The notes below the pieces were generated by a model, which saw only the letters and a list, made by a program, of their open reading frames with translations, was not told the origin of the DNA and searched no databases. Below, in pieces: positions 38,545-44,865 of a DNA stretch of 44,865 nt (positions within the stretch are counted from its first letter, which is position 1; the number at the start of each line of letters is the position of its first letter). The stretch comes from Campylobacterales bacterium. GTDB lineage: Bacteria; Campylobacterota; Campylobacteria; Campylobacterales; QNZT01. Where the stretch lies: NCBI GenBank assembly GCA_027081495.1, contig JALWKJ010000155.1, positions 1 through 44,865 of the forward strand, written 5' to 3'. A program made the translations under genes and the position numbers.

Positions 38545-41130
38545 ATGAAACAACAATATAAATCTTATGAACAGACATGCTCTTTTTTAAAAGAGTGTGT
38601 TCAAAAATTTCCCAATCTTATCAAAATAGAATCTATCGGCAAAAGCTGGGAAGGCAGAGAGATACTTCTGGCGACCCTGACGATAGGAGTGGAAAACGCC
38701 GATCTTAAATCCGCCCTTTTATACACGGGCACTATTCACGCTAGAGAGTGGATCGGAAACGAACTTAGCGTCGCTTTTATAGAATATATACTTAAAAATC
38801 ATCAAAGCGATCCGAAAATCGCGGCTGCGCTGACAAAAAATACCCTCTATATGGTTCCGTGTTTAAATCCCGACGGTTTTGAATATTCCAGAACGCACTT
38901 CTCTTTCTGGCGCAAAAACCGCCGCGATAATAAAGACGGCACATTCGGAGTGGATCTAAATAGAAACTTCAGCGTCGGTTTTACAAAAATAAAAGATACC
39001 TCTTCAAATGTTTACGGAGGAGTCGAACCCTTTTCGGAACCGGAAACCAGAGCCATCAAAGAGTTTGTTGACGCTCATCCAAATATTACGATGGCGCTTG
39101 ATTATCATTCTCAGGGAAATGTTTTTTTCCCGGCTCACAAATTTAATCATGAAGCAGAGATAGAGGGAACCGATTTAAATGTTTTATGCGCGAACATGAA
39201 CTATGAAATTAAAAAAATCACGGCTAGACAATACGGTATCCATAGAGGAAAACCCCCCGTAAAACTCATCAGCGGAAGCGGTCGCGAGTACTACTACTCA
39301 AAAGGAATCATCGCCGCCGTCGTGGAAGTCGGAACGAGGAATATTCCCGATTATATGCAAAATATGACCGAAAGCATCCATGAAAATATTCCGGCTTTAC
39401 TCTATGCCCTCTCCGAAGCAAAAAACTATGCCAAAAACGCGCCAAAAAGAGTAGAAAACTTTTATATCTCTTCATTCTCGAGCAACAGCGTTACGCTTGA
39501 ATGGGAAGATAGCGGCGACAACCCGAATCTTTTTTATCAGATATACAGAAGCACCAAACATAAAGAGGCTTGCCGGGAAGAAAATCTCATAGCGACCACT
39601 ACGAAAAAAAGCTTTACGGACATCGAGCTTGAGAGCGCGACGGAGTATTTTTACTATCTTAGATCAGTTGACAAGATCACAAATACGAGATCGCCTTTCG
39701 CGCCTCAACTAAAAGTAAAAACGGATCTTGAAAGAGACGAATTTTCAAAAACGATTTTTCCGCCCCCGTCCGAAATCGGCTATGTAGCCGAAAAATCGAT
39801 AGAACAAAACAGAGAGCATTTCGGCAAAAACTCGATCTTTGTGGGAATAAACCAGACAAAAGGCATCAGTTACGGAGTTTTGGCGTTTTCTCTGGCAAAT
39901 ATCCCCGAAAACGCTATCATACAAGAAGCTTCGATTTCGATGTACCCCATGAACCGCGTAAATGTCAAAATAGAAAAATACGGCGAATGGTCGCTCTCTT
40001 TTATAGACAAAGAGAGCGTGAGCGAGATTACCGATTTTTACCAAATACACGAGGCGGAAATCATTCAAACTCTGGGAGAAACCATACCCTCCGAAAAACT
40101 CACTCAAGGGATTTGGAGAGAGTGGCATTTTAACGATTATGAGAAAAAATTGCTTGAGAGCCAAATCGCCGGCAAAAAAGTTCTCTTTCGTTTTCAAGGT
40201 CCCACAAAACTTCCCCTTGGAAGAGATTCTCAAATGATGCAGTTTGATTTAGGGTACGGACCTTTTGGAGGAGGTATTCACTACAGACCTCATCTGGATA
40301 TAAAATATACCCTTCCCCCGACAAAGATTGAAATAAAGCCGACGATTTTAAGCGCGGTAACCAAAGATAAAATTCTGCCCGACAAACTATCTTGCGGGTT
40401 TGACAAAAACGGCGACAAAATCTACGGATATATGGAGTTTTCGCTTGACACCCTGCCCGATCCCGACACTACGGTCATAACCGACGCCTACATAGTAATC
40501 CAAAACAAAAATAGACCCAAGCTCTCCGTCGATGCGAGATACAATATAGAATTTATAGATACGAAAAGCCATGAGTGGGAAGATATAAAAAATAGAGATA
40601 GAATCGAGTTTATAGGATACGAAGTAAGCATCGCCGATCTAAAAAAAAGAGACAAGCACTATTTTTTGTTTGATACTCTAAGCAAACTTGAACTGGAAAA
40701 TTTTCACAAACAAAACCATAGCGCAAATTTCGTCATAAAAGCGACGACTCCGGCAGACGCGAAAAACCATCGGGTTGACTGGCATGACAAACACGACGAC
40801 AAAGAGGTAAAACTTGTCATAAAATATATAAAACGGCGAAAGTACGCTCCCTCTTCGTGCAAAAACCTAAAGACATCGATAGAAAAAGGCATGGTCAAAT
40901 TGACCTGGGAAAATCCGAAAGACGAAAGCTTTGTAGGAGCGTATGTAGTAAGAAATCGTTTTCATCCGCCTAAAAATCCGCTTGACGGCGTAAAACTGTA
41001 TGCGGGAAGCGACAACTATACATACGATAACTTCGGCTCGACGAAAATCGATAAATATTACGCGGTTTTTTCCTATGACGATGTGCCAAACTACTCAACC
41101 CCCCTAGTTTTGGAATACAAAGGAAAATAG
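38545..41130 (+). CDS. Multidomain M14 zinc carboxypeptidase (M14 - FN3 - two repeated beta-sandwich-like modules - FN3), no signal peptide
   Basis: H65-x2-E68 (HAREW), NPDG, WRKNRR, DLNRNF, SEPETRA, DYH188S and VVE261VG, a complete M14 catalytic set. FN3-like regions at aa ~300-392 and ~768-861. The N-terminus MKQQYKSYEQTCSF is not hydrophobic. Confidence 0.85.
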   Translation: MKQQYKSYEQTCSFLKECVQKFPNLIKIESIGKSWEGREILLATLTIGVENADLKSALLYTGTIHAREWIGNELSVAFIEYILKNHQSDPKIAAALTKNTLYMVPCLNPDGFEYSRTHFSFWRKNRRDNKDGTFGVDLNRNFSVGFTKIKDTSSNVYGGVEPFSEPETRAIKEFVDAHPNITMALDYHSQGNVFFPAHKFNHEAEIEGTDLNVLCANMNYEIKKITARQYGIHRGKPPVKLISGSGREYYYSKGIIAAVVEVGTRNIPDYMQNMTESIHENIPALLYALSEAKNYAKNAPKRVENFYISSFSSNSVTLEWEDSGDNPNLFYQIYRSTKHKEACREENLIATTTKKSFTDIELESATEYFYYLRSVDKITNTRSPFAPQLKVKTDLERDEFSKTIFPPPSEIGYVAEKSIEQNREHFGKNSIFVGINQTKGISYGVLAFSLANIPENAIIQEASISMYPMNRVNVKIEKYGEWSLSFIDKESVSEITDFYQIHEAEIIQTLGETIPSEKLTQGIWREWHFNDYEKKLLESQIAGKKVLFRFQGPTKLPLGRDSQMMQFDLGYGPFGGGIHYRPHLDIKYTLPPTKIEIKPTILSAVTKDKILPDKLSCGFDKNGDKIYGYMEFSLDTLPDPDTTVITDAYIVIQNKNRPKLSVDARYNIEFIDTKSHEWEDIKNRDRIEFIGYEVSIADLKKRDKHYFLFDTLSKLELENFHKQNHSANFVIKATTPADAKNHRVDWHDKHDDKEVKLVIKYIKRRKYAPSSCKNLKTSIEKGMVKLTWENPKDESFVGAYVVRNRFHPPKNPLDGVKLYAGSDNYTYDNFGSTKIDKYYAVFSYDDVPNYSTPLVLEYKGK

Positions 41131-41781
41131 TTGGCGAAAAAAGCTTCGAAAAAAGAGATAGAGGAGATAAGAAAAAGATTTATCGAGCGCTATAAAGACG
41201 CGAAAACGGAGTTAAACTATACGAATCTTTATGAACTTTTAGTATCCGTAATGCTCTCGGCTCAATGCACCGACAAGCGGGTAAACATCATAACTCCCGC
41301 TCTTTTTAAAAAATATCCCTCGCCTAAAGAGTTGGCCGCCGCGAAAATAGAAGAGCTAAAAGATCTCATAAAAACCTGCTCTTTTTTTAATAACAAAGCC
41401 GCAAATCTCATAAAAATGGCAAAAAGCGTCGAAGAGATATATAACGGTGAAATTCCGCTGGATGAAAAAGAGCTTGTCAAACTTGCCGGAGTAGGACAAA
41501 AAACGGCTCATGTAGTCATGATAGAGTTTACTCAAAAAAATTTGATGGCGGTAGATACTCATGTTTTTCGCGTTGCGCATAGGTTGGGTCTTAGTTTCGC
41601 AAAAACGGTAAAACAGACCGAAGAGGATCTGGTTAACGCCTTTAAAACCGATCTATATATACTTCATCAGGCGATGGTGCTTTTTGGGCGATATATCTGC
41701 ACCGCCAAAAACCCAAAATGCGACAGCGAGTGTTTCATGAAAGATCTTTGCAAAACAAAAGAGAGCTTCAAAGCCGGCTGA
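41131..41781 (+). CDS. nth: Endonuclease III (HhH-GPD DNA glycosylase/AP lyase)
   Basis: LVSVMLSAQCTDKRVN, HhH LAGVGQKTAHVV, catalytic-Asp region VDTHVFRVAHRLG and a C-terminal Fe-S cluster CTAKNPKCDSECFMKDLC. The TTG start immediately follows the M14 TAG stop. Confidence 0.88.
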   Translation: MAKKASKKEIEEIRKRFIERYKDAKTELNYTNLYELLVSVMLSAQCTDKRVNIITPALFKKYPSPKELAAAKIEELKDLIKTCSFFNNKAANLIKMAKSVEEIYNGEIPLDEKELVKLAGVGQKTAHVVMIEFTQKNLMAVDTHVFRVAHRLGLSFAKTVKQTEEDLVNAFKTDLYILHQAMVLFGRYICTAKNPKCDSECFMKDLCKTKESFKAG

Positions 41782-42287
41782 TGAAAATAAGTCTCAAAAA
41801 AACAGCGATACAACTTCTGCAACTCGTAATCATAGTCGCGATCATCACGAACCTAATAAGCTATTTTAAAAAACCTCCCATAGCGAACGAAAGTCTGCCC
41901 GATATAAAGGTTCGGTTTTTGGACAAAAAAGAGCTCTCGCTATCCGATTTTAAAACAAAACCTCTTGTTCTCTATTTCTGGGGTTCTTGGTGTCCGGTTT
42001 GCAAGATAAACTCTTTGGCGATAAATAGCTTGACAAAAGATTTCAATGTCGTAACCGTAGCGGTAAACAGCGGCGGCGATGACGAGTTGAAAAAATATCT
42101 AAAAGATCATGATCTAAATTTTAAAGTCATAAACGACAATGACGCCAAACTGGCAAAGAAATTTGCCGTAACGACTTTTCCAACCACTTTCACATACGAC
42201 TCCAAAGGGGAAAATATCTTTGTTGACAGCGGCTATACATCCGCGTTGTCGCTTAGGTTTAAACTATGGATAGGGGAATTTTTTTAA
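41781..42287 (+). CDS. TlpA/ResA-like membrane-anchored thioredoxin (thiol:disulfide oxidoreductase)
   Basis: N-terminal TM helix (LLQLVIIVAIITNLISYF), WGSWCPVC active site and FPTTF cis-Pro loop. The ATG at 41781 overlaps the nth TGA; the ORF-track 21-codon extension lies inside nth. Confidence 0.82.
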   Translation: MKISLKKTAIQLLQLVIIVAIITNLISYFKKPPIANESLPDIKVRFLDKKELSLSDFKTKPLVLYFWGSWCPVCKINSLAINSLTKDFNVVTVAVNSGGDDELKKYLKDHDLNFKVINDNDAKLAKKFAVTTFPTTFTYDSKGENIFVDSGYTSALSLRFKLWIGEFF

Positions 42288-42374
42288 ATTGCCTCCTATG
42301 AAATCCAAACCTCCCACATGATCTATATATTAAAAATATAGTAATTTAATTAAAATATATTAAATAATTTGATG

Positions 42375-42395
42375 TTTGACACAACTTTGACACAA
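42375..42395. repeat. Tandem direct repeat TTTGACACAA x2 (11-bp period)
   Basis: TTTGACACAA-C-TTTGACACAA in the intergenic region upstream of the dehydrogenase gene. Confidence 0.7.
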
Positions 42396-42417
42396 TTTCT
42401 CGTTATACTTCTTTTGT

Positions 42418-42476
42418 AAATTGACTCTAACTATATCTTTTTCACCCGCCTCTTTTATATATAGTTAGGTCAATTT
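42418..42476 (+). terminator. Long AT-rich hairpin followed by a T-tract (probable terminator of the nth/tlpA-like transcript)
   Basis: AAATTGAC(T)CTAACTATAT / ATATAGTTAGGTCAATTT, 18 bp with one bulge and a 22-nt loop, followed by TTCTT. Confidence 0.45.
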
Positions 42477-42495
42477 TTCTTATAAAATGTACCTA

Positions 42496-42504
42496 TGGTA
42501 TAAT
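42496..42504 (+). promoter_or_regulatory. Extended -10 promoter (TGGTATAAT) of the dehydrogenase gene
   Basis: TGnTATAAT lies 27 nt upstream of the ATG at 42532, with AAAGG as RBS. This supports the internal ATG over the ORF-track start at 42487. Confidence 0.55.
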
Positions 42505-42531
42505 CTCTCAACAAATTTCCAAAGGTTTTTA

Positions 42532-43719
42532 ATGTCAAATATACTTATCGTCGGAGCCGGGGGCGTCGGTAGAGTCGTTGTTCACAAATGCGCGCAAAAC
42601 AGTGATGTTTTTAAAAAAATCACTCTCGCAAGCAGAACTCTTTTTAAATGCAAACTATATCAAAAAGAGGTAAAAGAGAGATACGATACAGATATCGATA
42701 TAGCCCGCGTCGATGCCGACGATATCGATGAGCTTACAAAGCTCATAAAAAAAACCAAAGCCGATCTTGTCTTGAACATCGCTCTGCCCTATCAAGACCT
42801 AAGCATTATGCAAGCCTGTCTTGAGTGCGGCGTCAATTATCTCGATACGGCAAATTACGAACATCCCGATACCGCAAAATTTGAGTACGAACAACAATGG
42901 GCGTTTGATGAAAGATACAAAAAAAAGGAGATATTGGCTCTTCTTGGAAGCGGATTCGATCCGGGAGTGACAAATGTATTTTGCGCATACGCTCAAAAAC
43001 ACTTTTTCGACGAAATTCACACTATCGACATACTAGATTGCAACGACGGAGATCATGGATACGCTTTTGCCACAAATTTCAACCCGGAAATCAATCTTAG
43101 AGAAGTAAGCTCAAACGGAAGATATTGGCAGGAGGGAAAATGGATAGAGACAAAACCGATGGAGATCAAAACGGTATGGGACTATCCTCAAATAGGAAAA
43201 AGAGACAGTTATCTGCTCTATCATGAAGAGATCGAAAGCCTTGTTAAACATATAAAAGGCATTAAAAGGATCCGATTTTTCATGACATTTTCACAAAGTT
43301 ACTTGACGCATATGAAGTGTCTTGAAAATGTAGGAATGCTCGGTATCAAAGAGGTGGAACATAACGGATGCAAGATAGTTCCGATCCAATTTTTAAAAAC
43401 GCTCCTTCCCGATCCCTCTACTTTAGGAGAGAGAACAAAAGGAAAAACAAATATCGGCATAGTGGCCGAAGGGATTAAAGACGGAAAAAAGAAAAAAATC
43501 TATATCTACAATGTTTGCGACCATCAAGACAGCTACAAAGAAACCCTCTCGCAAGCGGTGAGTTATACCACCGGAGTTCCCGCGATGATAGGAGCCAAAC
43601 TCATAAGCGAGGGCGTATGGTTCAAAAAAGGGGTTTACAATATGGAACAATTTGACCCCGATCCTTTTATGGATGAATTAAACAGACAAGGTTTACCGTG
43701 GTTTATAAAGGAGTTATGA
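42532..43719 (+). CDS. Saccharopine dehydrogenase family protein, carboxynorspermidine/carboxyspermidine dehydrogenase-like
   Basis: MSNILIVGAGGVGRVV Rossmann motif, ~395 aa, GSGFDPGVTNVF motif typical of CANSDH/LYS1-like enzymes. Confidence 0.78.
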   Translation: MSNILIVGAGGVGRVVVHKCAQNSDVFKKITLASRTLFKCKLYQKEVKERYDTDIDIARVDADDIDELTKLIKKTKADLVLNIALPYQDLSIMQACLECGVNYLDTANYEHPDTAKFEYEQQWAFDERYKKKEILALLGSGFDPGVTNVFCAYAQKHFFDEIHTIDILDCNDGDHGYAFATNFNPEINLREVSSNGRYWQEGKWIETKPMEIKTVWDYPQIGKRDSYLLYHEEIESLVKHIKGIKRIRFFMTFSQSYLTHMKCLENVGMLGIKEVEHNGCKIVPIQFLKTLLPDPSTLGERTKGKTNIGIVAEGIKDGKKKKIYIYNVCDHQDSYKETLSQAVSYTTGVPAMIGAKLISEGVWFKKGVYNMEQFDPDPFMDELNRQGLPWFIKEL

Positions 43720-43752
43720 TAAAATCATAAAAATATTTAATAAAGGCGCGAT

Positions 43753-44085
43753 ATGGTACAAATCGACATGAATTCAAAAGAGTTTTTAAACGAGCTTGAA
43801 AAAACAAAAAAATTTACCGACAAAGTAAACAAACAATTCGGCTGGGTATATAATCCGAATGAAGATGTAAACGAAGGCGTCATAATGGGTCTAGCGCGGC
43901 ATAAACTTCTTTACGGAAAAAGATTTTGTCCATGTTTTATGGTTATAGAAGATGAAAAAACGGGCAAACATAAAAGCGCCGACGATCGTATATGTCCCTG
44001 TAAACCCGCTATAGAGAGAGAAATTCCCGAAAAAGGAGTTTGTCACTGCGGGATATTTTGCACTCCCGAGTTTGTTCAAAATTAA
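43753..44085 (+). CDS. Ferredoxin:thioredoxin reductase catalytic-subunit-like protein
   Basis: CPC-x16-CPC-x14-CHC spacing (RFCPCFMV...RICPCKP...GVCHCGIF), matching the FTR beta-chain 4Fe-4S/disulfide motif. Confidence 0.72.
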   Translation: MVQIDMNSKEFLNELEKTKKFTDKVNKQFGWVYNPNEDVNEGVIMGLARHKLLYGKRFCPCFMVIEDEKTGKHKSADDRICPCKPAIEREIPEKGVCHCGIFCTPEFVQN

Positions 44086-44086
44086 A

Positions 44087-44614
44087 CTATCTGTGAAGCT
44101 CTATAGAACCGTCAAAATCAAACGCCTTAAATTTTATAGAGTTTTCATTGTCGGCGTCTATATAAAAATCGTTTTCAAAAAAAGCCAATACCGCGTCGTC
44201 GGCGTATTGTGACTCCACACATACGGGAAGTTCGAGCGCGGGAGCTACAACAATATTTGAAAATGTCATCTCGTTATCTTTTATTCTATAGCGCGCCGTT
44301 ATTTTTTGACAATCCGCATAAGTCGAAACTTCTCTTTTTGAAAAGCTCATCTTGATCGTATAATATCTTAAAGAGGGAAAATTTTCATTTTCATAAAAAA
44401 GAGAGACATCCGCTTTTATCTTTGTCCAAAGACCTTTTTGCAATACCTCGTTTATATCCCGATTTTCACTTAGAGATTGTAAATTTTCATCATTTTGTTT
44501 ATCTGAAATCTTTATCGATGAGTCTAAAGAGCCGTCCGAAGAGATCGAAGAGTCGCACCCCGTAAAAAAAGAGAAAATCAAAACGGTTAAAATTATCGCT
44601 TTCATAGAGTTCAT
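44087..44614 (-). CDS. Lipoprotein, META (HslJ-like) domain candidate
   Basis: MNSMKAIILTVLIFSFFTGC is a signal peptide with a lipobox Cys. The C-half has a META-like pattern (ADCQKITARYRIKDNEMTFSNIVVAPA...PVC). The ORF-track GTG start at 44677 lies inside the palindromic element, so I prefer the ATG at 44614. Confidence 0.6.
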   Translation of the reverse strand: MNSMKAIILTVLIFSFFTGCDSSISSDGSLDSSIKISDKQNDENLQSLSENRDINEVLQKGLWTKIKADVSLFYENENFPSLRYYTIKMSFSKREVSTYADCQKITARYRIKDNEMTFSNIVVAPALELPVCVESQYADDAVLAFFENDFYIDADNENSIKFKAFDFDGSIELHR

Positions 44615-44672
44615 GAAAAGACCTTTTTTTGTTTTTATATCGACAATTTTTAAAATAATTTCAGTAAAACTT

Positions 44673-44714
44673 ATCACCGCACCAACAAATATTTTTAATT
44701 TTTGATGCAGTGAT
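44673..44714. repeat. Copy 2 of the ATCACCGCACCAA palindromic element (second arm degenerate)
   Basis: ATCACCGCACCAA - 16 nt - TTGATGCAGTGAT. Two G-to-A changes relative to copy 1. Lies upstream of the minus-strand lipoprotein gene. Confidence 0.75.
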
Positions 44715-44865
44715 TTTGTTCATAATCAAGGCAGATTTTTGAAGGACTCGCCGTAGCGAATTCGAAAAAATCTAACGCGGAGTATGGACAAAAGCACCGC
44801 ACCCTTCGGGGAGTACGGGAAGAAGCGATCTATGCATCTAAAAAACTTTGAATTAACTAGTTAGT

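Noticed and set aside
38545-39429. M14 domain as a Csd4/Pgp1-type peptidoglycan cell-shape carboxypeptidase
   Set aside because: Csd4/Pgp1 are about 450-aa periplasmic proteins with signal peptides. This protein has a hydrophilic N-terminus, is twice the size and is operonic with cytoplasmic ligases. This is not excluded experimentally.
39745-40233. 162-aa antisense ORF (plus 39677-39859, 40130-40324, 40387-40572 and 40704-40898) inside the M14 gene
   Set aside because: All lie entirely within a strongly supported sense CDS. They have no RBS and no recognisable motifs, and their composition is typical of antisense frames of AT-rich genes.
41718-41780. 21-codon extension of the TlpA-like ORF overlapping nth
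   Set aside because: It lies inside the nth coding sequence. The ATG at 41781 gives a standard N-terminal TM anchor and start/stop coupling.
42375-42395. TTTGACACAA repeats as a possible CRISPR or iteron array
   Set aside because: There are only two adjacent 10-bp copies, with no spacers and no cas genes. This is reported only as a possible regulator-binding site.
42487-42531. 15-codon N-terminal extension of the dehydrogenase ORF in the ORF track
   Set aside because: The extension contains the TGGTATAAT promoter box itself. The ATG at 42532 has an RBS and starts directly at the Rossmann motif.
44615-44677. GTG-initiated 21-codon extension of the lipoprotein ORF
   Set aside because: The GTG sits within the palindromic element, and the extension would bury the signal peptide. 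The ATG at 44614 gives a canonical lipoprotein signal.

Overview
AT-rich bacterial chromosome segment, probably Campylobacterota. Supporting this: the S10-spc-alpha ribosomal cluster lacks rpmD and adk, S14 is the zinc type Z form, and there is a CetB/Aer-type PAS protein and a carboxynorspermidine-dehydrogenase-type polyamine gene. Layout: (i) 1-8.5 kb, minus-strand surface-polysaccharide locus with two GT4 glycosyltransferases, a Wzy/WaaL-like membrane protein, wecC, wecB, galE and a formyltransferase-like fusion protein. (ii) 8.7-14.9 kb, housekeeping genes tkt, ispA, ybaB, panD, a Trx-like 2Fe-2S ferredoxin, murE, a TPR-like protein and a NifU-like protein. (iii) 15.0-29.1 kb, the complete rpsJ to rplQ cluster on the minus strand, including rpmJ, which the ORF track misses, and an L22 about twice normal length. 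(iv) 29.3-34.2 kb, pssA-like, an ABM protein, tpiA-pgk-gap, nadD-rsfS. (v) 34.3-42.3 kb, the least ordinary part: a PAS-only sensor, then a divergent M20 peptidase facing two translationally coupled RimK-like ATP-grasp ligases, an 861-aa M14 carboxypeptidase with no signal peptide, nth and a TlpA-like thioredoxin. (vi) 42.5-44.9 kb, a saccharopine/carboxynorspermidine dehydrogenase, an FTR-catalytic-subunit-like protein, a META-like lipoprotein and a GC-rich structured tail. I saw no tRNA, rRNA, CRISPR array or mobile element. The best candidate for an undescribed system is the ATP-grasp x2 / M14 / M20 cluster, which I propose adds and trims peptide or amino-acid tails. All functional calls come from motif recognition by eye; no database search was run.
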